Below, piece by piece: positions 17,606 through 26,562 of a DNA stretch of 51,289 bases (positions are counted from its first letter, which is position 1; each line of letters begins with the position of its first letter). Source of the stretch: Kiritimatiellia bacterium (GTDB lineage Bacteria > Verrucomicrobiota > Kiritimatiellia > RFP12 > UBA1067); NCBI GenBank assembly GCA_017646325.1, contig JAGCMU010000026.1, positions 1 through 51,289 on the forward strand, read 5' to 3'. The translations under genes and the position numbers were made by a program. The notes under the pieces are model-generated. The model had not been told where the DNA came from and searched no databases. It saw only the letters and a list, made by a program, of their open reading frames with translations.

Positions 17606-20600
17606 AAAATCCGCTTACGTATTTAAGAATCGCCTTCTTATCGTTTTTCACAATATGCCTTATCGCCCTTTTATTCTCTATTTCAAAGGGTGTTGAAACC
17701 GATATATTTTCTATTCTCAATTCACACGACTCTTCGCTTTTGTCAACGTTAACCAAGAACTCGGCCTCCACCATGAACATCCTTTGCGAAGGGGTGGATA
17801 AAAACAAGGTCGTTGATTTTGCAAAAAAGTACAATTCAAAAAAAGGTTCACGCCCGACATTAAAAGACACTCTAAAGGTCATTTCCAACCACAAAGACGG
17901 CCTTCTTTCCTGTGAGGCAAGATCTCAAATAGAAAGAGGAGAAACGGCTCAAATAAAAGACGCTGCAATTTCTCAATTATTCGGTTTTTCGCCAAATCTT
18001 TTTTCTGTAAAAAAAGACCCTTACTTTCTTGCGACTTCATACGTTTTAAATCTCCAATCGAACAACACATCCGGATGGAACATTGAAGACGGGCTTTTAA
18101 TCAACACTGACGGAACAAACCATTTCGCCCTCGTCTCTCTCGACAAATCATCGCTGAATCCTTTAAAAATACTCCACGAAATACACGGCGACAACTCATC
18201 GCAAAGAGACGTAAAAATATGGGCGGGCGGAGCGCCGTTTCACGCAGCCGTTTCCGAATTTTCCGCAAAAAAAGAAATAAACGTTCTCTCATTTTTTTCC
18301 GTTGCGATATGCCTGATACTTGGCATAATATTGCTTCGCTCCTTAAAATTCATTCCCTTTCTCATCGTTGCGCTATGTATTTCATTCATTATTGCGACAT
18401 CGCTCGTTTTCATATTTTTTGAAAAGCCTCACATCTTGACTCTCGTTTTCGGAACGTCGTTAATTGGTCTATCGGTCGATTACACGTATCACGCCTTCTC
18501 CATGGCCCGAAATAAAAACATCTCCAGTGTCCAGCTTGCCTTGGCAAAACCTCTTACATGCGCATTGATTACGACATGCACTTGTTTCTCCCCTCTGCTT
18601 TTCGCTTCAATTGGAATATTGCAGCAAATGGCAGTATTTACCATTGCCGGTCTCGTATCCATGTATTCGTGCGTCATGTTATGCGGGCACATCATTTCCA
18701 TCAAGTCTGCAATTGAAGAAGAGTATACTCAAACTGATTTCCCTTTCTTCTTTAAAGCCGCATTAATACTCGTTTTCATCGTATCGTCATTCGGTATCTT
18801 AAAACTCAAAACAGGTAACGATCTTTCAAAAATTTACGTCCCCGTAAAATTTCTCGCAGAAAGCGAAAGACGCATTTTACAATGCGGACACTCTGAAAAC
18901 TCGCGCTTTACCGTCATAAAAGCTTCTTCTGTTCAAGAGGCTCTCGAAAAAGAAGAATCCTGCAACATTCAAGGACTCTCTTCCATCGTCCCGTCGTTGA
19001 AGAAGCAGAAAGAAAACGCAAAACTCATTGAAAAATTATACGAGAAAGAATCTGAAAACTTTTCAAAATCGACGAACATAAAAATACAAATTTCCGACAA
19101 AAACAACCTCTCTTTTTTGGAGCCAAAACACCTTGAAAACACTTTAGTTGCCGACTTGATTAAACGAGCCTTAATCAAAACAGATAAAGCGGTTTACTTG
19201 GTTTCCCCCTACTCTCCTTCAACACCTTTCTCTATCGACATCCAAATTGTTGAACCAAGAAAAATTCTTACAGATCTTTTTGACGCTTGTTCAAAAGAAA
19301 CATTCACCCTTTTATGTTTTTCATTTGCAATTCTCCTCTGCTTCCTTGCCATAAGTTTTAGAAAGAAGCTTTTTTCCTATCTCCTTCCATCACTCCTTGC
19401 GTCCATCGCGACAGCGGGATTGCTTGGATATTTAAATGAAACAATAAACTTTTTCCATGTCCTATGTTTCTTCATTTTCGTGGGTTTAGGTTTAGATTAT
19501 ACGATTTTCCATCTCTCTAACCCCTCACGGCAAATGAAGAAAACAGTCTTCTTTTCTTTCCTTACAAGTCTTACGGGGCTTGGAATGCTTGCGTTCACAT
19601 CCTTTAGCGTCACCCGTTCAATGGGAATAACGCTGTCTATCGGGCTTTTCTTCGCGTACTTGTTTTCAAGTATTCCGGCAATCAAGGGGAAAGAAAACTT
19701 TTCGTCATCTCCATGGTATAAGCAAAAAGAGCAGTCCGCCGGAAAAATAAGACTATTAACGATGTGGTACATCTATAAATTTCTCGGCAAAAACATAATG
19801 AAAGCAGTATGTGTTCCTGTGATGCTTTTTATTTACCCTTTTGCCCGCCCCGCAAAAGAAGCCATCAAAAAATACAGCAAAATATTAAACGATTTTTCAA
19901 AAGAAAAGAAATATCCGCAAACATTCTTTTCAATGTTTAAACACCTGTTGGGTTTTGCCCTGTCAATGGCTGACAAAACAGACGCTTGCACGCTTGCAAA
20001 AAACCTGCCTGAAATAAACATCCCTCAATCAGACGACTCTAAGGAATTTTTAGAATTGATCGATTCAGGCAAAGGCGTGATGGTGATTTCTTCACACATC
20101 GGAACGATTGAAGTTTTCCCTGCCGCGCGAGGCCTTACAAAGAGAGATCCTCACGTCCACGCGTTCAAACAATTAGGGCACAACGCGATTTATACGGATA
20201 TTCTGTCGTCGTATATGGACTCTTCAAAACTGACTGTCCATCCAGTTGAAGATATCGGCGTTGAAACGGCCTCGATAATGAAAGACAATATAACAAACGG
20301 CGATATCGTCATCATGGCGGGCGACAGAATATCCGCCACGAATCCTAACGCTGTTTTAAAGGAACGGTTTTTGAACTGCGATTGCCTATTCCCCAAAGGC
20401 GTTTTTGTTTTCGCCAAATTGATGGAAGCGCCTATCTTCTTTATAACATGCGTATCTACTTCATGGGACGCGTACGAAATTCACATATCAAAACATAAAG
20501 GCGAATTGAAGCCAAAAGAAATTCTCGCAAGCTACGTAAAATTCCTTCAGAAAGAAGCTCTCGCCCACCCGTTGCAGTGGTTCCACTTCCACGACTTTTT

Positions 20601-20625
20601 CAAATCTCAATTACAGGAAAAATGA
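17602..20625 (+). CDS. Fusion protein: MMPL/RND-superfamily 'predicted exporter' + C-terminal LpxL/HtrB-type lipid acyltransferase
   Basis: 1007-aa ORF. Two blocks of about 5-6 TM helices are each preceded by a soluble loop (aa 1-690). The C-terminal ~300 aa carry the acyltransferase HX4E motif 'SSHIGTIEVF' (H at aa 832, nt 20095) and 'IVIMAGDR'. Confidence 0.7.
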   Translation: MKNPLTYLRIAFLSFFTICLIALLFSISKGVETDIFSILNSHDSSLLSTLTKNSASTMNILCEGVDKNKVVDFAKKYNSKKGSRPTLKDTLKVISNHKDGLLSCEARSQIERGETAQIKDAAISQLFGFSPNLFSVKKDPYFLATSYVLNLQSNNTSGWNIEDGLLINTDGTNHFALVSLDKSSLNPLKILHEIHGDNSSQRDVKIWAGGAPFHAAVSEFSAKKEINVLSFFSVAICLILGIILLRSLKFIPFLIVALCISFIIATSLVFIFFEKPHILTLVFGTSLIGLSVDYTYHAFSMARNKNISSVQLALAKPLTCALITTCTCFSPLLFASIGILQQMAVFTIAGLVSMYSCVMLCGHIISIKSAIEEEYTQTDFPFFFKAALILVFIVSSFGILKLKTGNDLSKIYVPVKFLAESERRILQCGHSENSRFTVIKASSVQEALEKEESCNIQGLSSIVPSLKKQKENAKLIEKLYEKESENFSKSTNIKIQISDKNNLSFLEPKHLENTLVADLIKRALIKTDKAVYLVSPYSPSTPFSIDIQIVEPRKILTDLFDACSKETFTLLCFSFAILLCFLAISFRKKLFSYLLPSLLASIATAGLLGYLNETINFFHVLCFFIFVGLGLDYTIFHLSNPSRQMKKTVFFSFLTSLTGLGMLAFTSFSVTRSMGITLSIGLFFAYLFSSIPAIKGKENFSSSPWYKQKEQSAGKIRLLTMWYIYKFLGKNIMKAVCVPVMLFIYPFARPAKEAIKKYSKILNDFSKEKKYPQTFFSMFKHLLGFALSMADKTDACTLAKNLPEINIPQSDDSKEFLELIDSGKGVMVISSHIGTIEVFPAARGLTKRDPHVHAFKQLGHNAIYTDILSSYMDSSKLTVHPVEDIGVETASIMKDNITNGDIVIMAGDRISATNPNAVLKERFLNCDCLFPKGVFVFAKLMEAPIFFITCVSTSWDAYEIHISKHKGELKPKEILASYVKFLQKEALAHPLQWFHFHDFFKSQLQEK

Positions 20626-21216
20626 TGCGAGAGCGCCAAACAAAAGCCCCCACAACGGAGAAATATTTTTTGAAAAAGTAATTAGCGTACTTACGACGAG
20701 AATTACGATTGAAACGGCGTTAATATCGAAATTTTTGACTGCATAAATGCTTTCCGAGCCAAAACATTGCAATATCAAAAGTACCCCCGTCGCCGAAACA
20801 AATCCCGCCACTAAAGGACGCAAGACTTCAAACACGGATTTTACCCATGGATTGTTCTTGTTTTTCTCAAACCATCCGCCTGCGAAATGAACAGCGATAA
20901 CGCTTGGCAGCATTATCGCGACATTAGCGACAACGGCGACGAACAAACAACTCCAAATATCCATCCCTTGAAGCGACGGCACCCGATATCCGACAAAAGT
21001 TGCAGTATTCATCCCCATGGGACCGGGAGTCGCCTGTGCAATTCCGATAATATCCAAGAATTGCGTCGTTGTAAGCCAATTATGCTTCTCCATTTCCTGT
21101 TGTATGAGAGGCATGATCACAAGCCCGCCGCCAAGTGTAAACAATCCTATCTTAAAGAAGGAAGTAAAAATCGCAATTATAAGATTTAACACGATTCCTC
21201 CTTCCGCTTTTTCCAA
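20611..21216 (-). CDS. chrA: Chromate transporter (CHR) family, short-chain half
   Basis: 201-aa hydrophobic ORF with 'FKIGLFTLGGGLVIMPLIQQE'. It is paired with a second half-gene upstream. Confidence 0.8.
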   Translation of the reverse strand: MEKAEGGIVLNLIIAIFTSFFKIGLFTLGGGLVIMPLIQQEMEKHNWLTTTQFLDIIGIAQATPGPMGMNTATFVGYRVPSLQGMDIWSCLFVAVVANVAIMLPSVIAVHFAGGWFEKNKNNPWVKSVFEVLRPLVAGFVSATGVLLILQCFGSESIYAVKNFDINAVSIVILVVSTLITFSKNISPLWGLLFGALASFFL

Positions 21217-21788
21217 ATGTTAACCGAATTTAAAATAAGCCCCAAAAGCACAGTTGATAAAATCATCCAAACAATGGGAGGGTTCAAGAACAGCACTATC
21301 GCGCATACCGTCAAAGAAAACATACAAGCCCAACGCTTTTTAGATTCCTTTACAAGCATCTTCAAACCCATTGCAAAAATCATCCCTGCAGCCGCCGGGC
21401 GTACTCCATCAAGTATTTTCATAACGACTTCCACATTGTTCATCGTTGAATACGTTATGGCGTAAATGACTATCAAAATGAACGGGACGAAAACAAGCCC
21501 CAACGCTGCAATTAAATTACCTGCAAGCCCCCTCAGGCGATTCCCCACCAACATAGCGGTATTTACGGCAATCACACCTGGCAACAATTGCGCAAGCGCA
21601 TACAAGTCGGTCATTTCCTCCGACTTTGCCCACTTGTGTTTTACCGTTATTTCGTTTTCAAGCAACGGCAAAAGAGCATACCCACCGCCAATAAGCACTG
21701 CTCCCATTTTCAAAAAGGAAAGAAAAAGATCCCAGAGAGGAACCTTTTTCTCTTCTTCATTTTGCAAAGTGTTATCGTTTAACGCCAT
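21186..21788 (-). CDS. chrA: Chromate transporter (CHR) family, short-chain half
   Basis: 200-aa hydrophobic ORF with 'FLKMGAVLIGGGYALLPLLENE'. It overlaps its partner half by 31 nt. Confidence 0.8.
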   Translation of the reverse strand: MALNDNTLQNEEEKKVPLWDLFLSFLKMGAVLIGGGYALLPLLENEITVKHKWAKSEEMTDLYALAQLLPGVIAVNTAMLVGNRLRGLAGNLIAALGLVFVPFILIVIYAITYSTMNNVEVVMKILDGVRPAAAGMIFAMGLKMLVKESKKRWACMFSLTVCAIVLFLNPPIVWMILSTVLLGLILNSVNIWKKRKEESC

Positions 21789-21806
21789 TGCAATTCTCGA
21801 AAACCG

Positions 21807-22532
21807 TTACTTTGCCGCCTCGTTCATTTCAGCAATAGTGACACGACCGTCGTACAACGCCTTGCCGACAATCGCCGCGCGCAAATTAGGCTTACCGAGA
21901 GCTTTTAAATTGATAACATCCTTTACTGACGAAACGCCGCCTGATGCCGTAATATCACACGTTGGAGCGGCATCGCAAATCGCCGCCATTTGTACGAGAT
22001 TCGGCCCGCCAAGCATTCCGTCGGTCGCAGTATCAGTGTAGATAATGGATTTAACGCCCATTGATGCAACTTTTGCGGCAAGATCGGTCGCTTTCACATC
22101 AGTCGTCGTTACCCATCCGCGCGTTTGCACAAAGCCGTCGCGGGCATCGATTCCGACAGTTATTTTTTCTCCCCACTTTTCAATCGCGGCGGCGAGAAAA
22201 TCTGGATTTTCAAGTGCGGCAGAGCCGATGATGGCACGAGTTGCCCCGGCATTTATAACAGCTTCAATCGCTTCCATGGAGCGGAGCCCACCACCCACTT
22301 CAACAGGTCCGCCAAAACCCTCGATAATTTTTGCGATGATTTCCGCGTGTTTGGGAGTCCCTGCAAAAGCGCCGTCCAAATCTACGACATGAAGTTCCTC
22401 GCCGCCTTGTTCACGCCAATCGCGCGCTTGTGAATAAGGGTCGGGGTTGTACGTCGTAACATCATCTGCACGACCTTGCCTGAGGCGGACACATACGCCG
22501 CCTTTTAAATCAATTGCTGGAAGAATAACCAT
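21807..22532 (-). CDS. hisA: ProFAR isomerase (1-(5-phosphoribosyl)-5-[(5-phosphoribosylamino)methylideneamino]imidazole-4-carboxamide isomerase)
   Basis: 241-aa ORF with 'ILPAIDLKGGVCVRLRQG', 'HVVDLDGA' and 'ASGGVSS'. Confidence 0.9.
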   Translation of the reverse strand: MVILPAIDLKGGVCVRLRQGRADDVTTYNPDPYSQARDWREQGGEELHVVDLDGAFAGTPKHAEIIAKIIEGFGGPVEVGGGLRSMEAIEAVINAGATRAIIGSAALENPDFLAAAIEKWGEKITVGIDARDGFVQTRGWVTTTDVKATDLAAKVASMGVKSIIYTDTATDGMLGGPNLVQMAAICDAAPTCDITASGGVSSVKDVINLKALGKPNLRAAIVGKALYDGRVTIAEMNEAAK

Positions 22533-22546
22533 TTTCTTTTCCTCTC

Positions 22547-23737
22547 TTAAAAAAGATGTCCCATTTTCTCACGCTTTGTATCGAGATAATGTTTATCATG
22601 TTCAGTAGGTTCAATGACAATCGGCACACGCTCGACTATTTCAATGCCATAGCCTGCAAGACCTTTGATCTTGCAAGGATTGTTCGTAAGTAATTTAACT
22701 TTAGAAATCCCCAAATCGACGAGCATTTGCGCCCCTGCTCCGTAATCGCGCAAGTCCGGAGGGAAGCCTAACTTGATATTTGCCTCAACAGTGTCAAGCC
22801 CATTCTCCTGCAAATGATAGGCATGGAGCTTTTGTTCAAGACCGATGCCTCTACCTTCCTGACGCATATAAAGAATTGCTCCGCGCCCTTCCTTTTGAAT
22901 CATTCTCATTGCCGTATGAAGCTGGTGTCCGCAATCGCAACGACCGCTACCGAACACATCTCCCGTCAAGCATTCGGAATGAACGCGAACTAAAACCGGC
23001 TCATCGCCCTTTACATCGCCCTTGACGAGAGCGAGGTGGTCGAGGTTATCTGGAATAGACTTAAAAAGGAGCAAACGGAAGTGGCCGTAATCCGTAGGCA
23101 AATCAACATCTTCCACGCACTTTACAAGCTTTTCGTTTTTACGGCGATACTCAATCAAAGAAGCGATTGTGCAGAATTTCAACTTATGGGTTTCAACGAA
23201 CTTTTCAAGGTCGTCCATTCGCGCCATCGAACCGTCATCCTTCATGATTTCGCAACAAAGGCCGACTTCTTCAAGTCCCGCCAAACGACACATATCAACA
23301 GTTGCTTCCGTATGCCCTGCCCTCTGCAATACGCCGCCTGGGCGAGACTCGAGAGGAAACATATGTCCGGGCCTGCGGAAATCAGCGGCCTTCACACCTT
23401 CTTCTACACATTTACGCGCAGTTAATCCACGCTCCAAAGCGGAAATGCCCGTGGTCGTATCGACATGGTCGATTGAAACGGTAAACGCAGTTTGGTGATT
23501 ATCTGTATTTGTCGGCACCATTTGTGGCAAATCGAGCTTTCTGCAATACGCGCCGCTCATCGGCATGCAAATCAAGCCCTTTGCATATGTTGCCATAAAA
23601 TTGACGTTTTCCGTCGTGGCAAATTGCGCGGCGCAAATACAATCACCTTCATTTTCGCGATCTTCATCATCAGTCACGACAACGATTTCACCGCGACGCA
23701 ACGCTTCAAGACAATCTTCTACAGAATCAAATTTCAT
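22547..23737 (-). CDS. ribBA: Bifunctional 3,4-dihydroxy-2-butanone-4-phosphate synthase / GTP cyclohydrolase II
   Basis: 396-aa ORF. The DHBP synthase block is '[10 protein letters not shown]'. The GCHII zinc block is '[20 protein letters not shown]'. Confidence 0.92.
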   Translation of the reverse strand: MKFDSVEDCLEALRRGEIVVVTDDEDRENEGDCICAAQFATTENVNFMATYAKGLICMPMSGAYCRKLDLPQMVPTNTDNHQTAFTVSIDHVDTTTGISALERGLTARKCVEEGVKAADFRRPGHMFPLESRPGGVLQRAGHTEATVDMCRLAGLEEVGLCCEIMKDDGSMARMDDLEKFVETHKLKFCTIASLIEYRRKNEKLVKCVEDVDLPTDYGHFRLLLFKSIPDNLDHLALVKGDVKGDEPVLVRVHSECLTGDVFGSGRCDCGHQLHTAMRMIQKEGRGAILYMRQEGRGIGLEQKLHAYHLQENGLDTVEANIKLGFPPDLRDYGAGAQMLVDLGISKVKLLTNNPCKIKGLAGYGIEIVERVPIVIEPTEHDKHYLDTKREKMGHLF

Positions 23738-23740
23738 ACA

Positions 23741-24598
23741 CTACCTTCTTCTAGCTTTCTTCTTTTGAGAATCATACCAGGCTTTTTCACCTTGTATTGC
23801 TTCGGGATCCTTTAATAATTTTGAAAAATCATCTTTATACCTATCCTTCTCCGACGGCCATGTTGTAACGAGCCAACGGATATCTCTAAGTAAAATACCT
23901 TTATCGGCACAATCTCCTGCCGCTTTTTCCTCTTCGATTTCTTCTTCAAGATTTTTCTTCGCTTTTTCTATTGCATCGATAATAGCTTGAGCCTCTGCGC
24001 GTTCAGCGGCCTTTTTACTTTTGAGCGCGGCTTTCACCGGCGAGAGCAATGCTCCTTCCACCTTCTTGCCCATTGCGATTTTATTTTTGAGAGAGCGGAA
24101 TTTTTTCAACGAAACGCCTGAAATCAAATCACCTGGGATAGGCATATCGGTAATCGCATTAACTACAGCCGTAATCGCCTCGTTCTTATCGTGACCTGAA
24201 TAAATCACTTTACCCGACGTATCGACAACGTACATGAACGGCACTTTTCCGCTTTGCGGAGCGGATGTATATTCAACTCCCTGGTAAACAGGACACGTCA
24301 ATGAATTGGCGGCAATTGACGCTTTAACCTTCGCATCATCCTTCACGCCTTTATGCGAAGCTATCAAAACGAACGGATGTGACGAGTACCCACGATAACA
24401 TTTTTCCACAAAACCCATCGTTTCCGAAGCGTCAACAGACGAATCCCACTCTTCAACCATAATGATTTTGCGGCGCAAATCTTTAAGAGACAATTTCTTC
24501 CCCGAATACCAATTTGCGTCGTCAAGCCCCTTCCATTCGCCGGCAAAGGAAATAGAGAGAGAGCAAATCGACAGAAAGGATAAAATGATTTTTCTCAC
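23741..24598 (-). CDS. Secreted hypothetical protein, thioredoxin-fold-like N-domain without CxxC plus charged helical C-domain
   Basis: 285-aa ORF with the signal peptide 'MRKIILSFLSICSLSISFA'. 'IIMVEEWDSSVDAS' sits where TlpA/ResA-type proteins carry WCxxC. The C-terminal half is Lys/Glu-rich and helical. It overlaps the upstream vWA gene by 4 nt. Confidence 0.45.
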   Translation of the reverse strand: MRKIILSFLSICSLSISFAGEWKGLDDANWYSGKKLSLKDLRRKIIMVEEWDSSVDASETMGFVEKCYRGYSSHPFVLIASHKGVKDDAKVKASIAANSLTCPVYQGVEYTSAPQSGKVPFMYVVDTSGKVIYSGHDKNEAITAVVNAITDMPIPGDLISGVSLKKFRSLKNKIAMGKKVEGALLSPVKAALKSKKAAERAEAQAIIDAIEKAKKNLEEEIEEEKAAGDCADKGILLRDIRWLVTTWPSEKDRYKDDFSKLLKDPEAIQGEKAWYDSQKKKARRR

Positions 24599-26562
24599 TT
24601 CACTATCTCCTTTTTGTACGGAACGTCTATTTCATATCGGCTTGAAAAAGAAATCAACTCGTCTCGCACTTTCTTTGTCGGTTTTAAAGTGTAATCCTCA
24701 ACCATCGCATGAGCCTTGCGCTGAGCCCACTCCTTCTTCAAACTTTCATTACCGACTTCAGCCTTGTCAAAAGAAATCTCAAAAAGGTGTTCATACGCTT
24801 TTGTCGCATTCAATCCGCGCATAGAGAATACGAGCTTCGTTTGATTTGCAGGACACGTCCCATAAATATCAATCGATTGTGAAGCATAAAGATTTGATAC
24901 GAGCTTTGGATACGCCTGAACTCCTGACGACTCGGTAAACATAATTGCAATATCCGTCAAAAGAGGCTTGTTGAATTTTTCAGTGAACGAAGGAAGCTTA
25001 TCTCCTGCACGCGAGTGCGAGTTGAAAACAGCGTCATTGACGACCCATTCGCCGCGATTGCCTCGAGCGATCATATCCATCAAATAACGGTTTGATTTAT
25101 CCTTGACTCCATACATGTAAACAGAAATCAATCCTCCGTTGAGCTTTGAAAACTTTGTGATGATTTCAGCAGGCTTGATTACACCGCTCGTCGCATCACC
25201 GTCCGTAATAACGTACGCAATCATGGGGCGAGCGGGATTGCGCGGCAGAGCCAAAATACTTTCAAGTGTACCAAACACATCGGTATTTCCACCAGCCTTC
25301 ACCGAAGAAAGCCACGATTGGGCTTTATTGATCGAGCCAGGAGAAACCTTCTGCCACGAGCGCTCAGGGAATGCGTAAGAAAAATGTTTTGCGAATTTTA
25401 CGATATTGAACCTGTCTTGAGGTCCAAGCATGTTTATAGACTTTGAAATCGCCTTACAACACGATCTGACGCGGTCTCTGCCTACAGACCCAGAAACGTC
25501 CATCAGATAAACGACGTCCTTTGGAATCGTCGGGAGCGCCTTATCATCACGAGATGCTACACGCAGCTTAAAATATTTAACATCGTTTTTCGCGGGATCG
25601 CTCCAATACGTCAAATCAACATTCACAAACGGAGAAAAGCTTTCAGCCTTGTCTTTTGACTCGTCACGCAAACGGCGAACAGATTCTTTTTCCTGCGCCA
25701 CGACTTTTTTATCAACTTGCGGCGTTGACGGCGGAGGTAAATCAGAATCAGGTAATTCAATTTGAGATGCGACATTACCTATTGCATCTCTGCGGTTTTT
25801 CTCCGCATCACTCAACACCGACTGTGAGACTGCCGCAAGAGCTGAAAAGCCTGCCTCGCTGCCGCTTCCTGAATTGCCGGTATCAGGCAATGCCATAAGC
25901 GTAACGTCAGGCAAAGGAGGAGGCGGCATTGAGACGAACCCTGGCTCGTCATCCTTGCCGAAAGGCTTTATAGGCAATCCTGCCGACCCCACGGCGTGAA
26001 CTGACGGCTTTTCAGTTGCGGTAATATCAAATACGCCCTTTGCATCGGCATAAGTTATTTTCGGCTTCAAATTTACGACAATCGTATTTTCCTTGGTGAC
26101 AAGTTTCTCATCCATCAAGTTCAACGAAAGACCTGCAATATCCAATTTCGGAACGAGATTTGCAGGAGACACCTCCAACTTTTTAGAATCGCTTTCAGGC
26201 AAGTCGAAATTGACGTCAATCCGTGACGGAGCATCTGGCGCAACACCTTGCCCCACCTCTCCGGTCAAGCGTTCAATGCGTTCTTCCTGTTTTTCTTTGT
26301 CAGGCGCTTTCAATGGACGGCCCTTGAATTCCTCATTAACCTTCAAAGGATCCTCGTTCATCCGCGAAACATTCATTTTACCCACTTCCGCGGACGAGCG
26401 TTGAGCGGAAGAAGGAAGCGCCACGCTGAAAAACACGCAATTTCTTGCCAAATACAAGAGAACGATATGCGCAATGACGGAAACGACAAGAAGCGCGACT
26501 ATCAAAAAACCATAATCGGAAGAAGACGTACGGTCATTGTCTTTACCAAAATCAATGTCCAT
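24595..26562 (-). CDS. Membrane-anchored von Willebrand factor type A (vWA) domain protein
   Basis: 655-aa ORF with a perfect SD (AAGGAGGTGA). It has an N-terminal TM helix, 'FLIVALLVVSVIAHIVLLYL', and a Pro-rich linker. The vWA MIDAS block is 'VVYLMDVSGSVGRD ... GGNTD ... ITDGD'. Confidence 0.7.
   Translation of the reverse strand: MDIDFGKDNDRTSSSDYGFLIVALLVVSVIAHIVLLYLARNCVFFSVALPSSAQRSSAEVGKMNVSRMNEDPLKVNEEFKGRPLKAPDKEKQEERIERLTGEVGQGVAPDAPSRIDVNFDLPESDSKKLEVSPANLVPKLDIAGLSLNLMDEKLVTKENTIVVNLKPKITYADAKGVFDITATEKPSVHAVGSAGLPIKPFGKDDEPGFVSMPPPPLPDVTLMALPDTGNSGSGSEAGFSALAAVSQSVLSDAEKNRRDAIGNVASQIELPDSDLPPPSTPQVDKKVVAQEKESVRRLRDESKDKAESFSPFVNVDLTYWSDPAKNDVKYFKLRVASRDDKALPTIPKDVVYLMDVSGSVGRDRVRSCCKAISKSINMLGPQDRFNIVKFAKHFSYAFPERSWQKVSPGSINKAQSWLSSVKAGGNTDVFGTLESILALPRNPARPMIAYVITDGDATSGVIKPAEIITKFSKLNGGLISVYMYGVKDKSNRYLMDMIARGNRGEWVVNDAVFNSHSRAGDKLPSFTEKFNKPLLTDIAIMFTESSGVQAYPKLVSNLYASQSIDIYGTCPANQTKLVFSMRGLNATKAYEHLFEISFDKAEVGNESLKKEWAQRKAHAMVEDYTLKPTKKVRDELISFSSRYEIDVPYKKEIVK

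Noticed and set aside
21466-22041. 191-aa plus-strand ORF spanning the chrA/hisA junction. Similar antisense ORFs occur at 34821-35381, 37313-37930, 46309-46908 and 49946-50485.
   Set aside because: All lie opposite confidently assigned genes, cross gene boundaries or lack start context, and have low-complexity translations. They were treated as shadow ORFs.
23738-23760. Looked for an FMN riboswitch upstream of ribBA. Also looked for other leader riboswitches ahead of hisA, folP and the VIT transporter.
   Set aside because: ribBA starts 3 nt after the preceding stop codon, and the other genes are similarly coupled. There is no room for a leader RNA.
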